From: Octopus vulgaris
Taxonomy: Eukaryota
Direction of reading: 5' to 3'
Assembly (NCBI GenBank): GCA_951406725.2
Contig: OX597819.1
Coordinates: 132,866,001 to 132,930,000, forward strand
DNA: 64,000 bases
The notes under the pieces are model-generated. The model had not been told where the DNA came from and made no database searches. It was given only the letters and a program-made list of their open reading frames with translations. Below, in pieces: positions 38,476-52,860 of this stretch. The position numbers and the translations under genes are program-made. How positions within the stretch are numbered: the stretch's first letter is position 1; every line of letters begins with the position of its first letter.

Positions 38476-40938
38476 CCCCTTGACGCCGATATTAGCTGAA
38501 GCATGCGAGACACTGCTCCTGTTTTATTTTTTTATGTAATGAGGCGACACAAACACACAAGTGCCAACGAGCTCGCGTCTATTCACGTTCACCGTTACAA
38601 TGACATAGCGTCGTGCATTTACGTCAACCGCTTTATGAAAACGAAGCTATTTATGTGAAGCTATTTATCATAATATGATATGCAAGAGTTATTCTGCTCA
38701 AGTTCAAAAAATAGCTTGCGTGTGGTACAACTCAAAGCATGGTATTATACAAAGGGACACATTATAGTCCGGACAACGATATCCGGTTTCGCGCCTACGG
38801 TGGTGTACGATGCATACAACACATTTCCTTGCCGGATTCTGCTTTTTTTCCGTTGGCGGTATGAAGCGTGGGAAATGCCCTCGTCGGTTCAGAAGCCGGT
38901 TTGGAGTCGGTCCGGCGTGAAGACGTCCTCGCGTTCGGTAGTTGGGCAGCTCGGGAACTTCGATAATTTCATTTATCAAAGCCTCGCGAAATGCGAGTCA
39001 AGTTGCTTCGCCACCCGGCATTTGCCACACAGATCAGATGTGTGTCCATGAGTGCCATATCCACAAGGTACAAAAATACTTTTTTGTACCATTTTCCGAA
39101 TCTTTGTGCAGATTTGTGCGTTGTGGCCAGCTGATCGGATCTATCCACCCCACTCATTGCTCTGTTGTAGTCCAGTACAACATCGGGTTTTATGATGGGG
39201 TCCCCCGCACGATTCAGTTTGCCAGTTTCAGACATTGCAGCAGAGTGCATCGTATTCAGCATAGTCACGTACTTTCTGTCTCGCCAGACCAACGCCAGGA
39301 GACCACTATCCGTATGCAAATTCTCCTTTCTCAAGTTAGTTTCGGCTTTCAAAGATCGAGGGGCATGTTCCTCCTGAAAGCGTGGACCGTCCCACAGGCA
39401 TTTGTTCTCCTGGCCTGCAGTTGCTGAAACAAGTCAGGACTGGAAAACCAGTTATACATATAAATGTTATACCCTTTGTCTATCAGTTCGTCATTCAATG
39501 ACATGACGACATTGGTTGATGCTAGAACGTCCGCGACCCTGTCCTCGCCAATATATATTTTATAGTTCCAAGTATAGCCACATGCGACAACGGATGACTG
39601 ACAAACGTTATATACTTTCACTCCAAAGCGGGCACGTTTTGTAGGGTTGTGCTGTCTGAATCACAACCGCCCCTTGAATTTCCAGAGACTTTCGTCTGTG
39701 AAAATATCTTGCGTAGGTATGTAGAAAGTTTTGAAATTGTCCGCGACTGCGTCAACAATTGGCCGAAATTCTGTGGCCTGTCATCGGTGTTGACGCCCGA
39801 GTTAAAGTGTAGGTTTTTCAGTAGCGCGAAAAAATGATCGCTCGGCATCGTGTTGGCGAAAAACGGTGTCCCCATTTAAGGGTTCCCACTCCAATACGAA
39901 CCGAGTGTGGGTTTTCTTAAGATGCCCATGAGAATAAGCAGCGCAAGAAACACTTTGATTTCATCGCCTGTCGTCGGGAACCAGTCGGTGCTATGCTCGG
40001 ATTCACGTTGAGAATGAGTAGCAGCGTAGCTATTTGTTTTGTCTGCCATATATTCGAATAGTTTTTCCGTGAGAAACTCGTGGAATATATCCAAGGGCGA
40101 ACTGTGATTGTTCAGGTTCGCTTTTATCCTGGAGTTGCCTGAGAATCTGTATCATCGCTGAAAATTGTCTATTCTCCGCCACACCACACTCTGCTGGCCA
40201 GGGCCATCGATTCTTGCCCTTCTGTTGTTTCATGACAATTGCAAAGTACCCGGATCAGAGTTCGGCAAAAACTCAGAGCCAGAATCACCATCAAATGAGA
40301 GAAAATCATCAGAAAAGTCTGAGCCTGAATCAACAGTTCTTCTCGATTCAACAGCAGCAGCTGATGACCAAGTGGGTGTGGTCTGACGCGAAGCAGCTGA
40401 TGTACTCGGACGCGACCGCAAATCACCGGCCTCCATAGCAGCTGCAGCGGCACCGGAAGTACGAGGTCGCGGTTCAGTTTCACGTGTAGGTGTCGGTCGT
40501 GCCGACGTTTGACGCGACGACGAGTTGGTTACTGCAGGTGTTGTCGGGCGCGATGACGAGCGTAAATTCGCTGAGGGAGGACCGACGCGTGAACTCACAA
40601 CTTGTAACTGCTTTGAAGATATTTTGAATTATGATGCGTTTTCACCGGAGACTGTTACTTCTATACCTCCTGTACTAATGCATATGCATGTAAAGTATCC
40701 GCATGCCATTGGTCTATTGCTAGTCTCATGACTTGAACGTAACCTAAAATAGCTAAGATAATGTACGGGGGGGGGGCGAGCGCGCGCACCTCAAGAGATA
40801 AAGTACACGATAGCGAATGTAAAAATACGTCAGCCGCTAAAAGGTCTGTGATAGATGTGGGGCAGCTCTACAACGTATATTTACGTTAACCGCGGGTAGG
40901 CAAGCAAAAGTGTGATCGCATCAACCGTTGTCAAGGGG
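38476..40938 (-). mobile_element. Full-length piggyBac transposon (2463 bp)
   Basis: TTAA at 38472-38475 and 40939-40942; TIR CCCCTTGAC/GTCAAGGGG; internal transposase remnants. Confidence 0.95.
38704..40598 (-). pseudogene. piggyBac (PGBD4-like) transposase pseudogene
   Basis: EIKVFLALLILMG, TDESLWKFKGR, FGVKVY, YMYNWFSS (second catalytic D changed to Y), WRDRKYV, YNRAMSGVDRSDQ and C-terminal CVVC..C..LCIIPCFELYH. Several stops and frameshifts. Confidence 0.92.
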
Positions 40939-41063
40939 TTAAGCTAAATCGCTTTGTCAGTCTATAGAAACTACCATAGGAATCAGGGGCTGAGTCAGTA
41001 AAATGGTAAAGGGAAAAATTATATATATATACACACACACACTCACACATATACAGATACAGA

Positions 41064-41352
41064 GTGGAGGCGCAATGGCTCAGTGGCTGGGGCAGCGGTC
41101 TCGCGGTCGTAGGATCGCGGTTTCGATTCCTAGACTGGGCGTTGTGAGTGTTTATCGAGCGAAAGCACCTAAAGCTCCACGTGGTTCCGGCAATGGGTGG
41201 TGGTGAATCCTGCTGTACTCTTTCACCACAACTTTCTCTCACTCTTTCTTCCTGTTTCTGTTGTGACTGTATTTCAAAGGGCCAGCATAGTCACACTCTG
41301 TGTCACGTTGAATCACCCCGAGAACTGCGTTAAGGGTACACGTATCTGTGGA
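41064..41352 (+). mobile_element. tRNA(Arg)-like-headed SINE
   Basis: GGCGCAATGGCTCAGTGG..TCG anticodon-like..GGTTTCGATTCC, followed by a non-tRNA body. Related heads at ~52565-52628 and ~61535-61598 (minus). Confidence 0.8.
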
Positions 41353-41504
41353 GTTTCCAGTAAGTAATTCTTTCGCACTTCGGAACTTTCCAGGAAATAG
41401 TTCCTCCAATTCTTCACCTCCTCGGATCTTTCCAGGAAGTATGTTCCCATCCTCAGAACTTTCGTGATTTTATGTGCAGCTCTCGTGGCCAATAAAGAAA
41501 AAAT

Positions 41505-41532
41505 ATTACTATTATTATCAATATTATTATTA

Positions 41533-41624
<92 letters not shown>

Positions 41625-41643
41625 ATTATTTTTATTATTATTA

Positions 41644-41686
<43 letters not shown>

Positions 41687-41687
41687 C

Positions 41688-41718
<31 letters not shown>

Positions 41719-41736
41719 ACAACATCATCATCATCA

Positions 41737-41812
<76 letters not shown>
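41505..41812. repeat. Compound (ATT)n/(ATC)n microsatellite
   Basis: Seen directly in the sequence. Confidence 0.95.
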
Positions 41813-41814
<2 letters not shown>

Positions 41815-42305
41815 TATGTTTGACTTTTGCTTTATTTTTGTACAAGTTGGTTTCAAGTCTCACCCAGAGACCTCAAGAGACAACAGGTTGGAAGTTCACG
41901 TTGTTGTTATGCCTAGTGTGCCATATATTTGGGGGTTTTTTTTGGGTGTTGTACTAGTGAATATCTAATAAATAAATAAAAAAAAAAATTATTATTATTA
42001 TTATTATCATTCAGTAGTCTAATTTTTATATCGTGCTTTCACTGCACCACCGAGGACAGCGCTGTGTGCCCTGGGTATGTGCTGTGGTTGGTTGTGATGC
42101 TCTTATTTCCCCTGTATTGAAAGAGTTTTATTTAGGCTGTGTACGGTGCCTAGTAGTGCTATTTTGTGTGTGTTATATATACTTGTTAGTCCTGCCGCTT
42201 TTGTTATGTATTTGAATGCTTTTTCATCACGCCTAATGCGCCTAATACGATAGGAATTGTTTCTGTTTTTAGACTCCACATTCGAGTTATCCCTATTTCC
42301 AGATA
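41813..42305 (-). mobile_element. R4/Dong LINE 3' fragments within (ATT)n tracts
   Basis: Minus strand YLEIGITRMWSLKTETIPIVLGALGVMK at ~42220-42305. Confidence 0.65.
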
Positions 42306-44167
42306 TTTTATTATTGTTGTTGCTGTTGTTATTATTATTATTATTATTTTCATGACGGTAGGGAAACAGGCTGAATCGTTACTTGTTAGTATTTGTTCCA
42401 GTTCTGTATGTTCGAAGTTTAACTCTTGTAGAAATCAACTTTATCCTTTCAGATCGATGAAATAAGGTACCAGTTAAGTACTGGGGTCGAGGCAATCGAC
42501 CTATCTTTCTGCTCTTTTATCTTAATCAGAAATATTCGTCGTTATAATTGTTGTTATTGTTGAGAACCATGCAACGTTCTGCCTCTGGATTTCTCACATT
42601 TTCTGCCGTTTTATGCTTAACAAGGATTACATTAATTTTGTATTCGTCGATGGCTTTGATGAAAGAACTGCTTTATATTGGCAAGGTGCCATTTTTCTGC
42701 TGTACAACGCCTTTAAGGAGGTGCTACTAGCAACGAAGACTGTAATTTTACAAAACCTGCCATTTGATCTGTTTATAAAACGTGATGATAGCTAATCAAA
42801 CATAACATTCGCAGTGAAAGAAGAGGATGAACAACATTGGGAATGGTCAGGGTTCGAGAGCGAGTAGCGATGTAGTCATTATTCCAGCAAATGACAGCTC
42901 GTTCATGTCAGTGTATCACAAGAACAATTATAGCAACAGCGGTATATCGCTAACCATAACTGAAGGAACAACAACAACAACAACAACAACGACAGCAAGT
43001 CTAATATTCCTCACCGCCACAGCAAGACATCTGTTAGTTCCAACGTAATGTAAGCAATGCCATTTGCAAACGCTACACATACGTTGGTGGGTGCTTAACA
43101 ACGGCCATCGGAAACATGTACTCTGCTTGGTAAATTCAGATTTTGGTGAAAATATTGTGAGTAGAAAATAAAGAATTCTGATCTACAGATGCATAAATAT
43201 GAAACTATTTTCATTTCTGTATTTGCCGATACTGCCTCTGTGACCTGCAGTTTCTGCTGTTAGTCTCCCGTTTTTTGAATTCTGCAGCTCTTTTACTCAG
43301 AAAGCAATAAAATAACCACCAGTAGCATAGGCCCTGAACGATCGGTCGTTAAATATTACTCTTCATACCAACTGTATGGCACAAATACGAAATTATTTTC
43401 TGTTCTTGCAGGATCATAAGAACTCCTAAGTCCACAGGTGATATATCATTAAGTTTCAACTGACTATTTTTACTGTTTGCTTATATTTTGCTTCGGTGAT
43501 GAAAGTCGTCCCCGATGTATTTCTCGGTGATCCTCATATGTTTTCTTCCCGAATACTGCACAGTTAATCCACCTAGCAAGGGGCCCTCATAAATTCCGAG
43601 TTGATATTCGGCGTGCTGGAAGATCTCTGGGAGTGAAGCGTCCCTTAGCTTTTGTTAAAGTATGACTCTAGAATCCTCTTGAAACTCAGCCTACGTTTGC
43701 TCCGACAATCGACGGTGACTTGGTCAGCGAATCCTCTGCAATGGTCGAAAGTCTACGGAAAGTCTACTTCGAATATGAACTGTGAACTCGTTGGTCGGAG
43801 CCGGCTCAACACACCCCGATTGGATGCTGCAGAAAATATAAGCAGTTAATCTATCGGTATATTTGACTCTTCACTCTAAGATGAATAAAATATATTTAAA
43901 AAAAACATGTAGTGCCATAATACATGTAGTGCCAAATATAGTGGAAAATACTCCATGTATAGGTGAGTACTGCCTCTATTTGTTTTTTGGAAGACCACAC
44001 GAAATGGCCATGTGGCTTTAACAATCGACAAGTAGGTCTCCTATGTTGCACCCGTGTAACGGTTCTAGGTAGGAAACCACATATTTTGGTAGTGGACAGA
44101 AAATCTAGCTGCAAAAAGATATGTTTCTGTCCAGAAGAGCGGGAGAAGGGAAAAGGGAAAAGACTAA

Positions 44168-44551
44168 TCTCTCTCTATATAAACGGCAGTTTGTCTGTGT
44201 GTGTGTCTGTGTGTCTGTCAGGTTGTACCCTCACCCTGACCACGGCTTTCAACCGATTCTGATGAAACTTGACACACACATAGCCCAATGTCATAATTCA
44301 AAACTAACGCAGCGAAAATTTTGAAAAGTTCCCTCAGTTCTGAAAAAAATCGATAAATTCGACATGGGGTCGAGAATCAGAAACCCAAACCACAGACCGT
44401 CTAGGGGACGCAACTCCACCTTTTTTAACTCTCAAAAAAATTTACCATAATTTTTTTTCCATTTTTTTGCTATTTTTTGGCTATAACTCTCTAAAAATGC
44501 TTTATAGTTATTTCCCTTACAAACCTGAGCAACGCCGGGCGATACTGCTAG
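44168..44551 (+). mobile_element. Non-autonomous Helitron (384 bp)
   Basis: A|TCTCTCTCTATATAAA start, GTCT/GT microsatellite, ACCGATTCTGATGAAACTT, subterminal cctgagcaacgccggg hairpin and CTAG|T end; no TSD. Confidence 0.88.
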
Positions 44552-45562
44552 TGTCAAATAAAACCCATCAGTCACAATAAATCACAGTTGCTGCTCTTCC
44601 ACCAGGAAGTCGACACCTTTTTATCGGCGAAACAAGTAACGCCACTCATTGTCTTGCGATAATAAAGCATACATGGAAAGCGAGCGGCGGAAGGAGACTG
44701 CCAGAAACAGCGGTTAAAGCAAGAAAAGAACATTGCTTTCACTAAAATATAATCATTCCTAAGGGACTCCTAGCAAAAAGTGCAAGGAAGGACCCTCGTT
44801 GAAGTGGGGCTTATAGGTGCCCGTGAGCCAAACGAAGAACTGGTTGATCAAAAATCTCGGTAATAATTCAGTGCAGATTCATAAGGAAATAGTTTCTGGT
44901 TTCGTAAAAACCGCGAAAGAAAAGGTGTCAGTATAAATCTTCAAAGAGCCACACGAAGAGTTTTATGTAAAGCTCCCGCTGGAAACTGGTGATTTCTGTT
45001 TTTGAAAGAAATAATTACAAGAAGTACGAGATTCGAAACAATTTGGCAATATGGAAGTGGGATAGACTCGAGAGGAATTCTTATATGATTACGGCTGAAT
45101 TTACTCTTTGGTGTGTAACGTGTGCGTGGGTTACTCGATTCCTTTCAGATTTTATGGAAATTATATTTTAGTTTTCATCAGTAAAATGCCTGGCAGCATT
45201 TCGTTTCTCTTTACATTCTAAGTTCAAATTCAACTTTGCCTTTCATCCTTTCGGGATCGATAAAATAAGTACCAGTTGAGCACCCAAGTCTGCTGGCCTT
45301 GTGCCAAAATTTGAAACGTATACTATCATTAACCTATACTTGATCTGCTTGTTTTATATTAAATTCCACTTTTTAGATTTTCAATCGCGTATTTTACTTC
45401 AATTAAAACAACTCGACTTTGGATCTGAAAACTAAGATGTTCTTTTATTTCTTTTGGAGACTCTTAAGAATTGGAAATGCACGAACTTGAAGCACAATAA
45501 AGAACATAAAAGCATGTACATGTAGACAAATATAGAGTTACATAAACACACACACACACACG

Positions 45563-45614
<52 letters not shown>

Positions 45615-45703
45615 CGTACATGAATGTGTACATATACTCATAAACTAATGTAAGTATACACACACACACAAACATATCTGTGCATATATATACATATATT
45701 ATA

Positions 45704-45782
<79 letters not shown>

Positions 45783-46490
45783 GTATGTATGTATGTATGC
45801 ATGTATATATATACATACATACGTATATACGCATATACAGACGCGCACACGTACACTAATGCATACACCCCTGTACCGAAATAGCTTTTGTTCTCCACTT
45901 CTGATTGAATGCTGCAAATCTTTTGTAGAAAGTTTTTTTTTTGTTTTCTGCTACTTTTGGTATTAATGTGTATCTTCTTGATTTCCCTTTCATGTGGATT
46001 TTAATTCTCTTCCATAGAAAAACAACAAAAATAAAAACCTAGAAAACATAAAGCAAAAAATGAATTCTTCTTTTCTGCTGAAAATTCTATTCTATTTACT
46101 ATATTTATGAATGTCAATTGAATATTATAAATATACAATAATTACGAAAGGAAGAATCGTTAGGATTTAAATGAGTCGCAGGTGTAGCTGTGCAATGAGA
46201 AGTTTGCTTCCTAGCCGCATGAGTGCAGTCCGACTGAATGACACCTTGGGCAAGTGGGTTCTACTCTAAACGTGAGTCGACAAAGTCTGAGTAAATATGG
46301 TAGACGTAAAATAAAGCTTGTATGTGTGTATGTGTGTATGTGTATATAAATATATATATATATATATATATACATATATATGTGTATATATATATGTATA
46401 TATATGCATATATATGTGTATATATATGTATATATATGCATATATTATATGTATGTATTTATGTATATGTATACATATATATATAATGTA

Positions 46491-46669
<179 letters not shown>

Positions 46670-46701
46670 TTTATTTTAAGCAGCAGAAAATTCAACAAAA
46701 T

Positions 46702-46739
46702 CTGTTACTCTGAGTTTCTCGTTGCCGTTCATCAGACAG
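46702..46739 (-). ncRNA. Compact hammerhead ribozyme with intact core
   Basis: ctgt-CTGATGA-a-cg-GCAA-cg-a-GAA-ACTC-A-GAGT-A-acag: stem I ctgt/acag, GNRA-capped stem II, GUA triplet; ~35 bp from a (TA)n tract. Confidence 0.8.
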
Positions 46740-47924
46740 TTTTTGCTAGAATGGAACTTATATATTAATTCAATCTATACTCTTACAAACGCTACACCTT
46801 TAAAAAGAAATGGACTTGTTTGATTGGCCCTTTAGAAAAAACGGTCAATCTTCGAGCGATAAACAAAAAGGTCAAAAATATATGTATATATATATAAAAA
46901 AAACTTATAAAAATTATAAAATCCGAGGAAAAAACCTATTGCCGTTAATGAAGACAGTGCAAATTAATGCATAGAAATTAAACCTGTTATAAATACTGCA
47001 ATACATATTTATATTAAAATCTACATATATATATCAACATACACAAAAGGATGCGCGTAAACGCCATACATACATATACAGACGTATGAATATGAATCTA
47101 AATATACACATAAAAGCATGTGTACATATATTCACGCAAACCGTCTCGCACGCAAGCTAAAATTCATCTATGTAGCAATTCTCATATACTGAGCAAGGAG
47201 GGTGAACGAAAGAAAGAGAAAGAGAGAAAAAGGAACGAAGGAGGGGTGGGGACAAAACTTGTAACGATGTTATTGGCATCTATAGAGACCAGTATACATA
47301 CACAAGTTTGAATGGATACATATACATACCGTCGTGTATATGTGTGCTTAAGCACAAGCATACTTTCACTTACACATACACAGATACGCATGCTTACAAA
47401 TACATATGCTTTGCTATACACATACTTATATAAACATTCTAATTTTGACAACATTGCTTTTTTTTAAAAAAAACATTGCTTTTAAAAAATGGGTGCATTA
47501 ATAAAAATATATACGAAAGACATATAAAATAAAATATAACATCCTATTTTGGGTCATTTATAAATAATCACGGTAATATAAATAATCAATGTAATCCTAT
47601 GCAATACAATAACATGAAAACAAAGTTTGTAGGTTTTTCCTAATATATATGTAGAAACATAAGACTTTGCTATACGGATTAATATCCGCGTAGCTTGGAA
47701 ACAGAATCAAAATCCGTCGTAACGCTCAAGAGTCAAAATCAAAATCAAAAATCAAAAATACAAAATATATACTCTATCCATATGGTATATTTATATTCGA
47801 CATTTTAAATTTAGCCGCGTGCCTACATAAGTTCATTAACTCACTTCTTTGATTCAAAGAATTATTGTCTTTGAATAAGATGTGCATTTTTTTCTAATAG
47901 GCAGAGTCTGCACTTGAAATTATA

Positions 47925-48110
47925 TTTGTAAGCTCCATGCCTGTATGGTGCCGCCCTGTCCAGAATGCTCCATGTCACATGGAAATATACACCATAAAGT
48001 CCAAGAAGTCTTTAGAGAAATTCCTTCAAGAAATCCCGGATAAACCTCCTACACCTGGATATGTCCCCACAAACAATAACTCTCTCCTTTATTGGGCCAT
48101 GTTGTCTGAT
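47925..48110 (+). mobile_element. CR1-group LINE C-terminal remnant
   Basis: KKSLEKFLQEIPDKPPTPGYVPTNNNSLLYW. Confidence 0.55.
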
Positions 48111-48259
48111 TCTTGATTTGAATGACATTGCCAGGTGAATGACATTGCCAGGTATTAAGTTAGAGATGGCCTGGGCCAATACTGGCCGAAACCTATCAAA
48201 GTATATATGCATATATATAAATAGGAAAAAAGCATATATATATATGCATATATATATAA

Positions 48260-48536
48260 AAGGGGTAAAGACCCCCTTCGGTCATGAATGACCATGGGAT
48301 TGCACCTAGAAAGTTACCTTCCTAGACACAAGTCCGGGCAAGGTTGTTTATGGAAGACCAGCAGTCGCCCATGCATACCAGCCTCCCCTCTCCACGCCAC
48401 CAGTGTTATCCAAGGGAAAGACAAAGGTCGATACAGCTTGGCACCAGTGACGTTGCAACTCATTTCTACAGCTGAGTGAACTGGAGCAACGTGAAATAAA
48501 GTGCCTTGCTCGAGAACACAACACGCAGCCCGGTCC
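48260..48536 (-). mobile_element. 5'-truncated SINE with CORE-like domain
   Basis: Minus strand gtgttctcgagcaaggcactttatttcacgttgctccagttcactcagctgtagaaatgag. Confidence 0.7.
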
Positions 48537-48593
48537 GTATATATATATATATATGCATATATATATATATAATCAGATTTATTAAAGTAATAG

Positions 48594-48644
<51 letters not shown>

Positions 48645-49009
48645 AACGACTAGAGTATTTATTCTTTACTTTAAAAAATAAGCACTGGGCTCGATTCCTT
48701 CGAGTAAAACTTGCTCAAGGCTGTACCCCAGCATGGCTGCAGTCCAATGTTTGAAACCAGTAAAAGCTAAAAGATGTGTGTGTGTGCGTGTGTATGCGTT
48801 TAAACTGTAAATTGTTCGTGGTTAACTCTAGCTCAAAAGCTCACAGAGTTTTAGTTCTGATATAGAAATGAAGATCTGCTGCCCAACAATTTAAAGATAC
48901 CACAATCGTTCAGTTATACTTGTCTAAAGACAATAAACGTCGACTTAGTTACTACCGTGTAGCGTGTATTTTGAAGCCTGGCCGAAGAACAGTGGAGGTG
49001 ATATTTAGG

Positions 49010-49760
49010 CTGTGACAGGTGCAGGAAGAGACTTTGAGCACGTGAACAAGATAAGGACGTGTAAGTATGCCGAAGATGCGGCGCTTAAAACAGTCAATGC
49101 TTTCACTTATCTTTGCTCCACAATGAAAAATGACACTAAAGATAATGTAAAGAATTTGAAGCACGTATCAGGTAAACAACTTTTGGCAAACGCTTTGAGA
49201 GACGGCTTTGGAGTACCCACGATGGCTCAACAACGAAAGCTGAAATATCTTCTCTTAATCGCTCTTTTATATGAGCAGAGTTTTGGGCACCTTATTAAAA
49301 GCATCAAATAATTGAAAAGCTTTCTCAGGAAGTGCCGAAAACAATATGCAAGTTCAAATGGGAAGAAAAGGTATAGAACGGGGATATTCAGTCAATGTTT
49401 ATCTCCCTGAATCGGGTGTGTGGCCATGTTTTACAGATGAGAAGTGATAGGCTCCCGAAGCAAGTCTTTTATGGGAAGCTTGAAAATATTCAGCGGACAG
49501 TTTGGTTGACCACTACTACGGAATAAAGAGAACTCAGGGTTAAGCTGAAACGCTACGATTGGGAGGACGTCCTGAACAGTCGAATGGAGTGGAGAAGTCA
49601 ATGTCTTATAAAACATTTCTCCATCCCAACATGTTGCGTGAAAAGAGAAAAACCTAATCCTGACAGTGTTTATCTTCCTCCGAACTATCATCGCCCTAGT
49701 TGTGGTTTCGAAGCCATGTCAAATACTGGCTTAACTAGTCATCTCGTGTTCATGCTACTC
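49010..49760 (+). mobile_element. Highly decayed RTE LINE 3' region
   Basis: LKTVNAFTYLCST, ALLYE and terminal zinc-finger remnant PSCGFEAMSNTGLTSHL. Confidence 0.6.
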
Positions 49761-50196
49761 AAAATAATATATATTTGACGCATATCAGCTATAATCGTCC
49801 CCGTAAACACTCGCTTGTCTAAAGGTACTCGCGAGTAGTCATCCAGTAACAACAAATAAGCCTGGACTTAACTGTACTGTAAAGAACATAAATTGAATGG
49901 GTTTAACGTGTTTATCTTTAGTTAACCAGTTCTGCATTTCTATCTTTTTGCTAACCTTGTGTTTGTTTTATTGGTTTCTGATGTGTTTCCCATTTTAAAT
50001 AGTTGTGTTTGAATGTTGTACTTCTTTTATCATTTCGACTTCGCTAAATTATTTGCCTTTACTTACAGATCGTCTTCAACGAGAGACTATGTCATGATTA
50101 TATATATGTGTGTGTGTGTGTATAGCAATATATATATATATAATATATGCATATATGCTTATACATATACATATATACATACATACATACATAAAA

Positions 50197-50249
<53 letters not shown>

Positions 50250-51219
50250 ATCAGAAATATAGACTGGAAAGAAACAGAAAAATCAAGTTGTTATTAGGTT
50301 TCAAGATTATATCTCTTGGCGGGTGTATATTTTGATGGTACATAATATCCGGGTATACCACCGAAAATGGATCGCTTTTATACGAAGTCATATTATCGTG
50401 TAAACCTTCGTATGTTCAGACCGAATTATATTTTCTGTCGCTGATTACTACCTCAATGTGTGGATTAATGCGTGTTTTTCTAACAACAATTGAAAGTTTT
50501 CAGTTAATGTCGCATCGAACATGATTAAGGTGTGAATGTAGCAATATGAAAGTTTGAGGCAAACGCCGTCTAATGTTAACATAACCGTAAAAATTAAGGA
50601 ATGCAGTTACTTCTATATTACTGATACTAACTTCATAGTGTATTCATTTACTTAACTCCAGACTATTATCATAAACGTTTGCTCTTGCTAACAAAATGAA
50701 GCTTTAAGTCTATGAAGTTTGTAACATTATTACGATATCAATGCCACTGACTTTGATGTGCAGTAATGAAATTAACAGCCCCGCAAATGCAAAATATTGC
50801 ATCGCTTTCATATAAAGCAGAGAGAGAGAGAGAGAGTTAATGTAAAGCTTTTAGATGTAGCACTGGGTAAATATGGCGTGTGTAGAGGAATCTGGTGAAT
50901 TGAATGTTGGGAAATGTACACTTTGGTGTGTTACAGGAACAGGAGAAGGGATTCCTCGATGTGGTGGTCAGCTAAATGATAGAGCAGATAATATTTAATG
51001 CAAGATTTAAGGAAAATCGAGTACGAATTTATGGAGAAAGTTGCAAGAATCATAAAAGAGTGGAAATGGATTTAGTAAGTTTTGGAGATCAAAGACTATC
51101 GTTGATTTAGGAAACGATAAAAGTATAGGTTTTGAAATTCTGAGAAAGAGAAGGTTTACCAATCGAGTGATTAAATTAACTGTTTGTAATTGCTAATATT
51201 CCACAGAATCTTGAAAAAG

Positions 51220-51423
51220 TGGTGAACCGGCAGAATGGTTATCTGGCGAAATGCTTAGCAGCATTTCTTCTGTCCTTATTTTCTGAGTTCAAATTCCGCC
51301 GAGGTCGACTTTGCCTTTCATCGCTTCGGGGTCGGTGAAATAAGTACTAACCGAACATTGGAATCGATGCAATCGATTATTCCCTCACCCAAACTTCAGG
51401 CTTTGTACCAAAATTTGAAACCA
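51220..51423 (+). mobile_element. Meta-like tRNA-SINE
   Basis: gagttcaaattccgccgaggtcgactttgcctttcatc. Confidence 0.85.
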
Positions 51424-52636
51424 ATGTTACACAGAATCATGAATATCAAATAATAACTGATTCGTAGATATTTAATATAATATCACTTTAGACAGCAAGT
51501 TACAGTAAGTATCAGGAAATTTGATAAAACACTCTCGGTGTTAGAAGGTAAATATTTGAATCACAGTTAAAATTTGACCCTCATATTCTATGATTACAAA
51601 TGCGAGTATGATACTAATTTTCCTCGTGTTTTTCGATTCGGTATCAACTTGTGTGTTAGCTTCTGCTGCCACCAGGCTGATAATGTTTTTAAGAAACAAG
51701 TACCAGCGATTTACTGACCCCGTCGGTTTACTGTACATTACTTCTACAAAATGACTTTTGATTCACACTCCAAAATATATATTTCGTTCTGAAACTGAAG
51801 ACATTTAAAAAGAGGTTGATGATAAGAAAACTGGTTGAACTTTTGAGAATAATCTACATGAGAATAGTAATTGGGTTTCCCTTTGTAAAGCAGGAGCAAA
51901 TCCAGTTGAGGGAAATGAGAGAGAGAGAGAGAGAGAAGGAAGCATCAAACAAGAAGAAGAAAGTGACCTTTACCTTGATTCTCTAACGAGAGCATTAGAA
52001 ACGTATCGATCCCTATTTACAAGGTTCTGATTAATAACTCACGTAGAAGATTTACAATTCAGTGTAAGACCTTCATGTTAAACTTGGATTTATTGGAGGC
52101 AGGGGGCGGGGGCGGCGGAAATTACTTGACAGTTAATTAATTGTGTTGCTTTTGTCGATGTGGAGCAATGGAAAATATTCAATGAGCAGTCAAAGCTTTC
52201 AATGAATAAATGTGATTATTTTGAGTTCAAGTCAAAGGATGTTTGTTAAATGGATTTAAAACTTAAAAACTGCAATTAGCAAAGATAACGGGAATCATAT
52301 CTGTGACGAGTTGCACTCTTTAAAGTGTGAAACATCTTTTTTCATGTAGCAACATGTAGCAACATGTAGCAACATGTTTATTGGAGACAGCAAAACAAGA
52401 AGGAAGAAGAAAGAAAGAGGGAGGGAGAGAGGGAGATGGAGAAGGAGAGATGTTTTAGGCGCTGTCACGAGGTTGTGGTCAAAGTCTCGAACAAGAAAAA
52501 TGACCAATTCAAATTTTAGCCCAAGGTCAGAAATTTTAGGCCGAATCGACCCCAATGTCCAAAAGGGAATTGAACTCAAGACCTTACAATCGTGAGCCGA
52601 CTGCCCCTAACCACTAAGCCACGCGCCTTCCCAGTT

Positions 52637-52700
<64 letters not shown>

Positions 52701-52776
52701 CACCACCACCACCACCACCACCACCACTACTACGACTACTACTACTACCACCACCACCACCACCACCACCACCACC

Positions 52777-52846
<70 letters not shown>

Positions 52847-52860
52847 ATACTACTACTAAC
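52637..52860. repeat. Compound (CTA)n/(CCA)n microsatellite
   Basis: Seen directly in the sequence. Confidence 0.95.

Noticed and set aside
41064-41140. tRNA-Arg-like cloverleaf
   Set aside because: Stems are imperfect and run into a SINE body, so this is a SINE head rather than a tRNA gene.
43412-43437. Possible 26-nt microexon (ttgcag|...cag|gtga)
   Set aside because: Splice-like signals alone are common; no homology or partner exons found.
44259-44270. CTGATGAAAC inside the small Helitron
   Set aside because: Part of the Helitron ACCGATT..TGAAACTT motif; no HHR stems.
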